Made by a program: the position numbers and the translations under genes. A stretch of 48,049 nt of DNA from a virus (Duplodnaviria; Caudoviricetes). This document shows, piece after piece, positions 35,306-44,597 of this stretch. The stretch covers positions 1 to 48,049 of IMG/VR virus record IMGVR_UViG_3300006127_000021. One strand, written 5' to 3'. The stretch's first letter is position 1, and each line of letters begins with the position of its first letter. Below the pieces are notes generated by a model that saw only the letters and a list, made by a program, of their open reading frames with translations, ran no database searches and was not told the origin of the DNA.

Positions 35306-36176
35306 TCTTTATAAATTTTAATATTGCTAATTCTTTTTGTTTTGCTTCTACCATTATGTCCACCACATTACCATATGTTTCAGGTAACCTTTCAATGTAA
35401 TCACTATGTGCCTGCGGTTTCTTATCGTCTCTACTTTCCGAATAGTGAACTGCTGGCGTTATACCTTTAGGCCATGTTGTTATTGCTAACTCCAATGCTT
35501 CTTGCTCACTCAATCCACCGGTACAAAATTTATGATGATGATAATCAAATGTAATAGGTATTCCTATCTTATTGTGAATATACATTAAGTCCTTAACTGA
35601 ATACATACTAGCTTTGTCATCATTCTCAATTGTTAATCGGCTACGAACTGAATCGGATAATCGTGCAAAGTTATCACAAAATCTATCCATTGCTTTTATC
35701 TTATCGCCATACACTCCGTTACAATGTATATTAATTTTGTTATAAGGTGTTTTAGATAACCCCATCATATCAAATATCTTAGCATGTAATTCTAAATCAG
35801 CTATCGTATTTAATACCACTTCCTCTTTAGGCGATACTAATACATTGAACGGACCTGGATGTGATGTTATCCTCATATTCCAGAACTTAGCGAAGTCACC
35901 GGCTTTCTTTAACTCACTCTTAATCTCTTTGTAATCTTTGAGAGTAGTTATATCAATGTGGTCACCCCAAGGTATTATTGTTGAGGATAAACGAAAGAAC
36001 ATAATTCCATTCTGTCTATTCCATTCTAATACTTTGATAATATCCTTTGAATTAAGCAACGCTAACTCCGATACATAATCTAACCCCTTAGCCTCAAAGG
36101 TCCTCTTAACCATTGTTCGGTTTGTAGTGACCTTCTTACCCATACTCATGTTAATACAAGCGTAACCTAAATTCAT
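35298..36176 (-). CDS. uvsE: UV DNA damage endonuclease (UVDE)
   Basis: LGYACIN, FRLSS, SHPGPFNVL, INIH, RLTIENDD, FDYHHH, HYSESR, AHSDY, DIMVEAKQKE. Confidence 0.95.
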   Translation of the reverse strand: MNLGYACINMSMGKKVTTNRTMVKRTFEAKGLDYVSELALLNSKDIIKVLEWNRQNGIMFFRLSSTIIPWGDHIDITTLKDYKEIKSELKKAGDFAKFWNMRITSHPGPFNVLVSPKEEVVLNTIADLELHAKIFDMMGLSKTPYNKINIHCNGVYGDKIKAMDRFCDNFARLSDSVRSRLTIENDDKASMYSVKDLMYIHNKIGIPITFDYHHHKFCTGGLSEQEALELAITTWPKGITPAVHYSESRDDKKPQAHSDYIERLPETYGNVVDIMVEAKQKELAILKFIKND

Positions 36177-36181
36177 ATTGT

Positions 36182-36502
36182 TTATTTTAATGGTAAGATT
36201 GTTTTTTCAAATCTTTTAGTTATATCTTTTTTAGTTTGTTCCTTTCTATCTTTTATATCGGATACAAACTCAGCCATTTTAGCTACTTGCTCCTCTGTAA
36301 TTTCTCTATCTATTTTATATACTCTACCATCACTACCATCTAATTCCAAATTGAAATTGTTTTGTGTAATGATATGTGGTCTTTTATATACCACTTTGTT
36401 TGCACCATCCCATACATTAGAATAGGCAATTCTTTTTACAATACCTTTGTTTACGCCACCATATTTAGTAAAATGTATGTAGTGGTCTCCTGCTTTGAAC
36501 AT
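36182..36502 (-). CDS. Hypothetical protein
   Basis: 106-aa ORF. Confidence 0.7.
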   Translation of the reverse strand: MFKAGDHYIHFTKYGGVNKGIVKRIAYSNVWDGANKVVYKRPHIITQNNFNLELDGSDGRVYKIDREITEEQVAKMAEFVSDIKDRKEQTKKDITKRFEKTILPLK

Positions 36503-36597
36503 AACTTATTTGTTTTTCTTTTTAATATAATCATATAGGTAATAAACATACATCAACATAATCACCACTACATATACTATCGTTTGCTTATCGTACA

Positions 36598-36897
36598 TTA
36601 TTTACTTAATAACTCGTCTAAATGTTCTAATAATATCCATTTGTTTTGAATATCTGCTTTTGGTATCATTAATCTTTTAATTATTTTATGATTTGTATAT
36701 GGTGATACATTTCTTACCCATAATTCATAATCACCATTAATACCCAATCGTTCTAAACATATTGTAAAACGTGGGTTTACATTATCATAAATAATAATAC
36801 TATATTGTGTTGGTAATTCATCCACACCTACAATTCTATGTCCATTAACTCCTACCTTATGGCCACATATCTCGCTGTAATTCTTTATTGTTATCAT
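36598..36897 (-). CDS. MLTIKN-family paralog
   Basis: MITIKNYSEIC; start reset to ATG 36897. Confidence 0.78.
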   Translation of the reverse strand: MITIKNYSEICGHKVGVNGHRIVGVDELPTQYSIIIYDNVNPRFTICLERLGINGDYELWVRNVSPYTNHKIIKRLMIPKADIQNKWILLEHLDELLSK

Positions 36898-37160
36898 ATA
36901 AAAGTTTCTAAACATTTTAAAACATAATTCATATCACCTAATTGCTGTTTGGTTAGTGAACACGTATAATTCCCATGTTTGAGTATGTATAAACCGGCTG
37001 CATTTGGCTCTCTAAATAACTTACAATTTTTGAATTTTAATGCACCCGTTTGTGTTAGATTAATATAATATGCATTATAACCCATCTTAATACCCAACAC
37101 ATACCAATTATCAGTAAGGTCTCGTCGGATAATTGCATCACTATTTTTAATTGTTATCAT
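36894..37160 (-). CDS. MLTIKN-family paralog
   Basis: MITIKNSDAII; ATG 37160 lies 5 nt below a TATCTTTG box (37166-37173). Confidence 0.78.
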   Translation of the reverse strand: MITIKNSDAIIRRDLTDNWYVLGIKMGYNAYYINLTQTGALKFKNCKLFREPNAAGLYILKHGNYTCSLTKQQLGDMNYVLKCLETFI

Positions 37161-37165
37161 ATAGT

Positions 37166-37241
37166 CAAAGATACGAAAAAAGCCCCAAACTACCAAAAAT
37201 ATTGGTATTTTAGAGCTAATTCATTGATTTTCAACCAGTTA
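37166..37241 (-). promoter_or_regulatory. -7 box plus upstream IHF-like palindrome
   Basis: TATCTTTG at 37166-37173; TAATTCATTGATTTTCAACCAGTTA at 37218-37241; same layout as 9201-9276. Confidence 0.6.
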
Positions 37242-37247
37242 TATATG

Positions 37248-37547
37248 TTAAAAAGGATTGGTAAACTCAATCATATTAAGTAAATTTATAATATGTTTAC
37301 CCAATGATTTAGGTGAACTTAATAGGCTTTTAGGTATTAATTGTTCATCCCTATAAACGGTCAAACTATATAGTATATTTCCATCAATATCTTGTGGTAT
37401 TCTATGTAATACTGCCGTAGTTATAAAATGTTTATCGGCGTTATCAATTAAGAATATATAAGTGTCATCATTGGTCGATATTGTATCTATTTTCCAAGGA
37501 TGTGCTTCGTACCCATTTAACTTTGATATGTTTTTAATAGTAAGCAA
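37248..37547 (-). CDS. MLTIKN-family paralog
   Basis: TTG start; MLTIKNISKLN. Confidence 0.78.
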   Translation of the reverse strand: MLTIKNISKLNGYEAHPWKIDTISTNDDTYIFLIDNADKHFITTAVLHRIPQDIDGNILYSLTVYRDEQLIPKSLLSSPKSLGKHIINLLNMIEFTNPF

Positions 37548-37549
37548 AA

Positions 37550-38242
37550 CTATTTCTTTTTATCTTTAGTTTGTTTATAATAGTAATGTGAGTCACTTTC
37601 ACCGGTCAATTGAATAGATGCAGCTTCGTTTGCTTCAATTTCTGCTCTATTCTGATTTGCAAATTGATTAACTATCTTTGGTTTTCTTTTTGTGTATTTT
37701 CTTTTTGGTTTGATACCAGGACTTGCAATCATATCATGTACCTTATTCGGGTCCATTAAGTTTTGGACTGCAATTGGTAATGAATTTACTTTATCCTCTA
37801 TCTGTTTAGCAATATCCGCTTTAACTAATTCAGCTATTTTTTCTTTTGTTTCTATTGATACTCTACTCATTGGTAAATCTGCTAAAGGGTCACTATTACC
37901 ATTTCTATCAATTGTAGAAATCTTTGCAGTTCGTATATTAATTGATGGGTCCGGCGCAGGGAAGTCACTATTTTCTGCTGCTTTAACTAATTCCTTAATA
38001 ATTTTTTCCTTATCAAAGACATTGTTTTTAACTAACATTTGGCGAAGCTCATCGTTAGGTTTTGTTGGTATAATACCTGCTAACTTTTGAAATGCTTCTT
38101 TGTCAAATCCATCGTTGTCAAATCTATTTTCGGTTTGTTTTGGTACTTTACTTTGTTGTTTTGCACCTACTAAAAATCCTATTGCAAATATACACATAAT
38201 ACCAAATAGCACTAAAAATGCTAATACTAAACTTAAATCCAT
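37550..38242 (-). CDS. Membrane-anchored hypothetical protein
   Basis: N-terminal TM helix; contains KPKRKYTKRK. Confidence 0.75.
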   Translation of the reverse strand: MDLSLVLAFLVLFGIMCIFAIGFLVGAKQQSKVPKQTENRFDNDGFDKEAFQKLAGIIPTKPNDELRQMLVKNNVFDKEKIIKELVKAAENSDFPAPDPSINIRTAKISTIDRNGNSDPLADLPMSRVSIETKEKIAELVKADIAKQIEDKVNSLPIAVQNLMDPNKVHDMIASPGIKPKRKYTKRKPKIVNQFANQNRAEIEANEAASIQLTGESDSHYYYKQTKDKKK

Positions 38243-38254
38243 AACTTATTGTTT

Positions 38255-38485
38255 TTATTTATTAAATAATTCTTTTAATCTTTGTTTCCATGTCAGTGTC
38301 ACTACTTTGAAATCCTCACCTGTCCACCTAACAACCCCACCCTTACCACTTTCGGTGTGAACACATAATCTACATCTCCTCACCTTTCCGTATGCGATTG
38401 GTAACTGAAATACCCTTATATCCTTTTTGAACATAAATAACGGGTACCATCTTTTACACTCTATACAATGTTTACCTATTGCCAT
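38255..38485 (-). CDS. Small CxxC-CxxC zinc-binding protein
   Basis: CIEC...CRLC. Confidence 0.65.
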   Translation of the reverse strand: MAIGKHCIECKRWYPLFMFKKDIRVFQLPIAYGKVRRCRLCVHTESGKGGVVRWTGEDFKVVTLTWKQRLKELFNK

Positions 38486-38714
38486 CCATTAATTCTTTTA
38501 ATCTTGCTTCGTATAAAAATTTATAATGTTGCTTTGTCCAACCATCGTTTCTATCGGTATTCATTTCAGTATAAAACTTTTGTAACTTTGTGTCACCTAA
38601 TCTTAATTCTGTTTCTTTATTAATTCTATTCTGTTTCTTATTTCCAATTCTTTCGATTTGGAATAATATAAACATACCTACAAATATTGATATGATTGTT
38701 ATTATTTCTTGCAT
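38472..38714 (-). CDS. Small membrane-anchored protein
   Basis: N-terminal hydrophobic helix. Confidence 0.65.
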   Translation of the reverse strand: MQEIITIISIFVGMFILFQIERIGNKKQNRINKETELRLGDTKLQKFYTEMNTDRNDGWTKQHYKFLYEARLKELMDGNR

Positions 38715-38851
38715 AGTTTTTTCTTTTTTCTTTCCTCAATTAGTTTTCTATGTTTATCATGTTTCATATCCGCTCTTGTTAAGAAAAATACCATACAAAA
38801 TGCTATTACTATAACTAAATAAAACGGATGCTCACTTATATATTCCATATA

Positions 38852-39073
38852 TTAGTTTTTATGTGCTACTCCAACTTTGTTAAATAGGTCATCATAACTA
38901 CCACCACTCTTAAACTCAAACTTATCACAGGTGTAGTAACGACTTGATATTGCTTTCATTGTCAATCCACACTTCACACCTTGTCCCACACCTACTAACC
39001 ATAACATATGTTGGCAGTTGAAACATACTTTCTCATCCGATTTTGGATTTTCTATTTTATTTGCTTCCACCAT
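38852..39073 (-). CDS. Small Cys-containing protein
   Basis: CFNC...C...C pattern. Confidence 0.65.
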   Translation of the reverse strand: MVEANKIENPKSDEKVCFNCQHMLWLVGVGQGVKCGLTMKAISSRYYTCDKFEFKSGGSYDDLFNKVGVAHKN

Positions 39074-39668
39074 TTATCTTTTTAGTTAATTGTTTAATTT
39101 GTGCTGATAAACTTTGTTGAGTTTGTATCATTTGTGCATATGGTATTGTAGTTCCACTATTAGTTACATTATTTACAATACCCCCCATTGAATGGCTACT
39201 ATATGCTGGTGCTGATGCTAATCTTATTCCCAACATTTCATCTATCATTTCCTCAAATACTCTATTAAACTTTGCTAGTGATTGCATGTCCTCTTTATTA
39301 ACTGAACGTGTTACATTCATACGATTATCATCCCACAATAAGATACCAAAATTATCTGATTTGCTACCCAACCATTTATGTTCCGATGTCAATACACTCA
39401 ATTCCCATTTTGGTTTATGTGGTAAGTTTAAGTCTAATACATCTACCATATATTTTGTCTCACCGGCATTGTGTATTGGATTTACTAATGCATATCCTTT
39501 GTATACATATCCACTTATTTTTTCCCACCCTTTAATTTTCATAACTTTTGGTTTTTTAGCTTCATCCATTGCGTTTAATACACAACTCAAATGATCGTTA
39601 CCTATTAAATAATCTACATCCGTATATGTACTTTCCTTTCCACAATATCTACAATAATACTCTTTCAC
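39057..39668 (-). CDS. Hypothetical protein with N-terminal zinc-ribbon-like motif
   Basis: CRYCG...HLSC. Confidence 0.7.
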   Translation of the reverse strand: MKEYYCRYCGKESTYTDVDYLIGNDHLSCVLNAMDEAKKPKVMKIKGWEKISGYVYKGYALVNPIHNAGETKYMVDVLDLNLPHKPKWELSVLTSEHKWLGSKSDNFGILLWDDNRMNVTRSVNKEDMQSLAKFNRVFEEMIDEMLGIRLASAPAYSSHSMGGIVNNVTNSGTTIPYAQMIQTQQSLSAQIKQLTKKINGGSK

Positions 39669-39859
39669 TAAACATATTTTTTACATCTATCTATTGATTC
39701 ATTTTCTGCTTCTACTTTTGCTGAATACATTTGTCTAATGATAATTCCCAATTGCTCATCGGTTATAGTATCATCAATTATAATTTCTTTACGAATGGTC
39801 AATGTTTCTTTTGCTTGTTCTGACCATTCTATCATTCTTTGTGCGTATATTTTTTCCAT
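39668..39859 (-). CDS. Hypothetical protein
   Basis: Packed ORF. Confidence 0.65.
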   Translation of the reverse strand: MEKIYAQRMIEWSEQAKETLTIRKEIIIDDTITDEQLGIIIRQMYSAKVEAENESIDRCKKYV

Positions 39860-39860
39860 A

Positions 39861-40073
39861 TTATCTAAACCATTTATCGAAATCGGTTGGCTCCGGTCTA
39901 TCCTCTTTTTTAACTACTTTCTTTTTAGTTGTTGGTTTCTTAACTTTTGGTGGGTCTAATTCTGCTTTTAACTGAATTTTCTCTCTCATTGTTAAATCGG
40001 TTAATCTATGCCATTGTTTTAGGTCTAATGCCGATTCAATAATATAATAACCTTTTTTATCCTGCTTCAACAT
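39861..40073 (-). CDS. Hypothetical protein
   Basis: Packed ORF. Confidence 0.65.
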   Translation of the reverse strand: MLKQDKKGYYIIESALDLKQWHRLTDLTMREKIQLKAELDPPKVKKPTTKKKVVKKEDRPEPTDFDKWFR

Positions 40074-40338
40074 TGTTTTGTAATTTAGTTATTTGTTTGT
40101 GTAACCTTGCTGCTATTTCATATTGTTCATTCTCAACACATACCTCTAACATATCAGGTAACATCGTTTCATCAAAATCTAATTCGTTTTGTTCATCAGT
40201 ATTTTGATTATATAACGCAATTAGTTCATTCATTACACCTTCCATAAATTCACTATTTTTAATAGTATTTAGGAGTTGTTGCATGAATAACTTTCTAATT
40301 GAGCAATCTTCATTATTTTTGTTTCTTTTACTTTTCAT
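40057..40338 (-). CDS. UVR-motif-containing protein
   Basis: CVENEQYEIAARLHKQI; TATCTTTG box at 40343-40350. Confidence 0.65.
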   Translation of the reverse strand: MKSKRNKNNEDCSIRKLFMQQLLNTIKNSEFMEGVMNELIALYNQNTDEQNELDFDETMLPDMLEVCVENEQYEIAARLHKQITKLQNNVEAG

Positions 40339-40446
40339 ATATCAAAGATACAACAAAATATCAAAGTGACAAAATATTATTGTGACTTTCTATTCTTAGC
40401 CTTTACATCAATAGTACCTTTTGTATTGGTTTTACCTACTGAATTA

Positions 40447-40713
40447 TTAATAATTGTTTTGTTCTGTTTCTTCTTGTCGGATTTCATTATGCTCTTTAAT
40501 AGCATTTCCTTTTGACTCAATGATTTGCTCATAGTGTAGGTCTGGTATTATTTGTAAAAAAATATATTCAAATGGATTATGTGGATTTTTAACACAATGT
40601 TCTGCTTCATATAAATTTTTAGCAGCTGATACATCGTTTATTCTTTCCGAGTTTATTCTTTTTTTAACTATACAAAGTTTATCTCCATATCTTAAAAACT
40701 CTTTTACTATCAT
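40447..40713 (-). CDS. Hypothetical protein
   Basis: 88-aa ORF. Confidence 0.65.
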   Translation of the reverse strand: MIVKEFLRYGDKLCIVKKRINSERINDVSAAKNLYEAEHCVKNPHNPFEYIFLQIIPDLHYEQIIESKGNAIKEHNEIRQEETEQNNY

Positions 40714-40714
40714 A

Positions 40715-41278
40715 TTATTTAGGTATTATGGTAACATAACCTGTATTTGAATTGGATTCGGTATTGTATATCATATCATAGTTATTTAAACCATAACATA
40801 TATCTAATTTATCTTTAATTAATTCTATATTATTTTCACCAACATCAAATGTATCATATTCCATTGTTGGTATATTTGGATTTTTGAAATCATGATAAAT
40901 AACAATTGGTTTAAGTCCTAATTTTATCATAACATCCAATTCATCTAATTGAGACGTGTTTCGTTTGTCTCTTAAATGATGTCCATCTGAAAACAATATA
41001 AAATTTGTTTTATCTATTTTACCCTCTTTAAATAAATACTCTAAGTGAACTGCTCCATCCATACCCACTACTTCAATGTGTGGATATTCTACAAATCTTA
41101 ATTGCGATATTACCACATAATTATCATCAATATCACAACTATATAATTTATTAAAATGTGTAGATAATATATCTAAACTATCTCCATTTTGGCAACCGGA
41201 TTCAACAAATATATCAATAGAATATTTATCTTTTAAATTTAATGTATCTCTAAGTAATGCATTGTCAGTATGACTCAT
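40715..41278 (-). CDS. Methyltransferase-fold protein
   Basis: FVESGCQNGDS, YSCDI, FSDGH, IYHDF. Confidence 0.6.
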   Translation of the reverse strand: MSHTDNALLRDTLNLKDKYSIDIFVESGCQNGDSLDILSTHFNKLYSCDIDDNYVVISQLRFVEYPHIEVVGMDGAVHLEYLFKEGKIDKTNFILFSDGHHLRDKRNTSQLDELDVMIKLGLKPIVIYHDFKNPNIPTMEYDTFDVGENNIELIKDKLDICYGLNNYDMIYNTESNSNTGYVTIIPK

Positions 41279-41292
41279 ATTATGTATTTTTT

Positions 41293-41547
41293 TTATAAAT
41301 CCTTGCCTTCTGTTGTTCTTTTATAGTTTTCTTTTGAAGTTTCTTTCTGCCTTTTAATTTCGTTTGTTTGTTGTTCATTTAAATACTCCTTGAGAATTTT
41401 ACTTCCCTTTTTGGTTTTATATAAATCATAATAATTTACTCTGTCACCATTCTTATATACTCTCAATTCATACTTATCTCCATTCTTTAATAAGAAAGTA
41501 TGCCACTCAGGTATAAATATTCTTTTGATTTTTCTAAATATGTTCAT
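41293..41547 (-). CDS. Hypothetical protein
   Basis: ATG 41547 lies 3 nt below TATATTTG (41551-41558). Confidence 0.65.
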   Translation of the reverse strand: MNIFRKIKRIFIPEWHTFLLKNGDKYELRVYKNGDRVNYYDLYKTKKGSKILKEYLNEQQTNEIKRQKETSKENYKRTTEGKDL

Positions 41548-41584
41548 ATTCAAATATAATAAAAATTATTAAATAACACAAATA

Positions 41585-41611
41585 AAAAAGGGTAAATTAT
41601 CTTTACCCTTT
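41585..41611 (-). terminator. Intrinsic terminator
   Basis: Inverted repeat AAAGGGTAAA/TTTACCCTTT with 5-nt loop and U-tract. Confidence 0.75.
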
Positions 41612-41637
41612 AATTATACATTAATATACAATACAAA

Positions 41638-41952
41638 TTATTGTAATTCAGTTACAGGACCAACACCCGTTGTATGATGATCTTTTAATTCATCTGAATC
41701 TGAACGAGTTAATACAAATGACCAACCTGGATTTTCTAATCCAAATTTATTTCTTTGTATTTTATCATTCGGTGAACATACTATATAGTTATCTTCGAAA
41801 TCATCGATTGAAAGTTCAGTTGGTGTAAAAACCGTTCCTTCTTTATTTACAATTATAACTCCTACTTTATTTTCTTGGTACAAAGCTGCATTTTTTTCAG
41901 ATGTTTGTATAAATCCTTCGTACTTTTGTTCTTTTGTTATTACTTGTTCCAT
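41638..41952 (-). CDS. Hypothetical protein
   Basis: 104-aa ORF with its own terminator and upstream TATTTATA. Confidence 0.75.
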   Translation of the reverse strand: MEQVITKEQKYEGFIQTSEKNAALYQENKVGVIIVNKEGTVFTPTELSIDDFEDNYIVCSPNDKIQRNKFGLENPGWSFVLTRSDSDELKDHHTTGVGPVTELQ

Positions 41953-41981
41953 TATATTTTAGTTTATTTAATATAAATATC

Positions 41982-42725
41982 TTACTTTAGTTTATTGAGT
42001 AGTATTTCTGATAAAATTCTATTACCAATTTCTCCTAAATGTGTATCATCAATTATCCCATTTGTTTCACCTTTAATAGTTGAATTTGATATAACACTTA
42101 TTATTCCTTCTTGCACAGAAATTTTATCATTTATAGATATAAAGTTTATAAAATTAAATAATTCAGTATTTTCTAATAATTCTTTACTTGGTATATCCCA
42201 ACTAAAAACATATACATTTTTAGTTATATTTTCATAAATATAATTAATTATTTTGAATATTCTATTTACAGCCAAATTACTAAAATATTCATTAAAATTA
42301 GATATTGTATTAAAATATTGCATGTATTCATTTGTATTATACTTAATATCTGAATTTAATTGCCAACCATCTCTTTTCCATATAGTACCATCCTTAAATG
42401 GAAAATCGAATCTTACAAAATGAGTAAGTTGAATAATTACAAAATCATCTTTTTTTATATTATTTAAGTCATTTAATAATGAATCTAATATCATATCATT
42501 ACTAAATCCCGGTCTAGCATTTATAATCATTTCACCATCTAATTCATCGGAAATAAGTTTTGGATATGATACTCCAATTCTATTTCCTAAATAGTTAGTA
42601 TATGGTGTTGATTGAAATATAATATTTTTATATAATTCAGGTTGACCGGATGAATGTATATAATGATATCCTAATAAATTAGATGCAGTATGTGAACATC
42701 CAAAAAATCTTATATTTTTATTCAT
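41982..42725 (-). CDS. SGNH hydrolase-like protein
   Basis: FFGCSHT, ARPGFSND, QLT...R, ETNGIIDDTHLG. Confidence 0.7.
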   Translation of the reverse strand: MNKNIRFFGCSHTASNLLGYHYIHSSGQPELYKNIIFQSTPYTNYLGNRIGVSYPKLISDELDGEMIINARPGFSNDMILDSLLNDLNNIKKDDFVIIQLTHFVRFDFPFKDGTIWKRDGWQLNSDIKYNTNEYMQYFNTISNFNEYFSNLAVNRIFKIINYIYENITKNVYVFSWDIPSKELLENTELFNFINFISINDKISVQEGIISVISNSTIKGETNGIIDDTHLGEIGNRILSEILLNKLK

Positions 42726-42745
42726 TAGAAATTTCCCTCATAACT

Positions 42746-43450
42746 TTATTTTTTATCTATTGAACTCCATTCATTACTTTCAGTATTCCATATCCATATA
42801 GGATTAGATAAATAGTATCTAATATCTAATAAGGATGCGTTTAAACTTACCATACCTTTGATTGGTGTTTCATATGTTTCCTCAACAATCATAGCACCAC
42901 ATTCATGTATATGTCCACATACATGCACTTTAGGCTTAATATCATTGATACGATTTGCTAACATTTCACAACCAACATGGTAGTTTCCTCTTACACTAAT
43001 ATCATGTCTACCATATCTTGGTGTATGTGTAACTAATATATCTATACTACCATCCGTAGGTACTTTTTGCCATACTTCATCTAATTCATTGTTTCTATGT
43101 TTCATAAATGCCCACATACCATAGATAGGCGACCAGGGACTACCATAAATACCCATACCATCTATATTAATATACTCATCTTCTAAATAAGTAATTGTTG
43201 GATTGTTTGCTAATAACAGGTTTTTTCTATCTTGATTCTGAAATACAAAATCATGATTACCTGCAATTAATACTTTATGTTTAGCATTTTTATTTGCATA
43301 CCATTTTAGAAACAAATCCGTTTCATCATATTCACCATAACGAGTACAATCCCCACTATGTATAATCATATCCACATAAGGTAACTCACCATACAAACTA
43401 GTAATCTCATTGTGTCTACCATGAGTATCACTTATAAACATTATTTTCAT
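42746..43450 (-). CDS. Metallophosphoesterase
   Basis: SDTH, HSGD, AGNHD, VTHTP, CGHIHE. Confidence 0.92.
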   Translation of the reverse strand: MKIMFISDTHGRHNEITSLYGELPYVDMIIHSGDCTRYGEYDETDLFLKWYANKNAKHKVLIAGNHDFVFQNQDRKNLLLANNPTITYLEDEYINIDGMGIYGSPWSPIYGMWAFMKHRNNELDEVWQKVPTDGSIDILVTHTPRYGRHDISVRGNYHVGCEMLANRINDIKPKVHVCGHIHECGAMIVEETYETPIKGMVSLNASLLDIRYYLSNPIWIWNTESNEWSSIDKK

Positions 43451-43453
43451 AAC

Positions 43454-44596
43454 TTACATTTTTAATTCATCAATAACTACTGCTTCATTATTGAATGCTT
43501 CCATAACAATTTTATGATTATTATTTAATTTTCTTTGTATATTATCACTAAAATATATTTTTTCAATTTCTTCTTTAGATAAATTATTTATATATTCCAA
43601 TGCATCTACAAATTTAGCAATTTTTTCAGTTTCACTACAATTATTATCCCATCCTTGTTCTAAACCAAATACTTCTTCAAACGTTTCTATTCCTAATTTA
43701 TTCAAACAATTTGCAAATGAATTACATCCAATTGATAAAAATATATTTTTTAACAAAAGAGGTCTTACCGTCTTTTCGGTTATCCTTAAATCATTACATG
43801 TATCATTACTACTTTCTATAACAAAGGATATATATGAATCTAATGAATGATTATTTATTATTTCATATGTATTATCTATACCAACACTTCTATCATCATT
43901 TCGCATCAATTCTCTATCTTCATATGTTTTAAATTCATTCTGGCTTGATAATATTAAGTCCCAATCAAATTCAAGACCATCATTCATATTTCGTCTTTGA
44001 TTATTGGTATGTTCAAAATATTCTAATAAATTATTAATTCCACTAAATACATTTTTTAATAAAACAAATCCAAAAGTATAATAACAATCTTCCAATTTAA
44101 TAGAACGTTTTTTTATTAATTCAAATGCCTTTAGTCTCCTTAAGTTAGGAGCTCTATTAAACATATTATATTTCTTAGCTCTTTTTTTATCTATTAAATT
44201 ACTCAAATAGTTTATATCATAGAATTTAGATTTAAATAAATTTGTAAAAGTTCTTAATCTAGTTGTAAAACTTAAATCATTGTTATGTGTTTCTAAATCC
44301 AAATGTGCAGTTGAAAAATATATTTTATAATTTGGAGGTGCACTATCTAATATAGATTTTCTTTTACCTGGATTAGTAGATTCTTGATTTAAGAATAAAA
44401 CAAATGTAATGTTTAAAGAACCATTTAATAATTCAATTATAGAATCGTATCTATGCATATCAATTAAAAGATAATCTCCAGATACTACATTTTGTATAAA
44501 AGTTGTATCATTTGGATTTGATATATCAATTGCATCGATACCTCTTTCTTTTAAGGTTTTTATATTTAGACAATAAAAATCATCACAATATATCAT
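43454..44596 (-). CDS. Putative GT-B-fold glycosyltransferase-like protein
   Basis: YISFVIES, ITEKTVRPL, LGIETF; paralog of 15285..16295. Confidence 0.55.
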   Translation of the reverse strand: MIYCDDFYCLNIKTLKERGIDAIDISNPNDTTFIQNVVSGDYLLIDMHRYDSIIELLNGSLNITFVLFLNQESTNPGKRKSILDSAPPNYKIYFSTAHLDLETHNNDLSFTTRLRTFTNLFKSKFYDINYLSNLIDKKRAKKYNMFNRAPNLRRLKAFELIKKRSIKLEDCYYTFGFVLLKNVFSGINNLLEYFEHTNNQRRNMNDGLEFDWDLILSSQNEFKTYEDRELMRNDDRSVGIDNTYEIINNHSLDSYISFVIESSNDTCNDLRITEKTVRPLLLKNIFLSIGCNSFANCLNKLGIETFEEVFGLEQGWDNNCSETEKIAKFVDALEYINNLSKEEIEKIYFSDNIQRKLNNNHKIVMEAFNNEAVVIDELKM

Positions 44597-44597
44597 A

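Noticed and set aside
28425-37547. CRISPR array or integron cassette array as the explanation for the periodic ~320-bp pattern
   Set aside because: The repeats are degenerate coding 5' ends; genes abut or overlap with no room for attC sites; no cas or integrase gene is present in the window.
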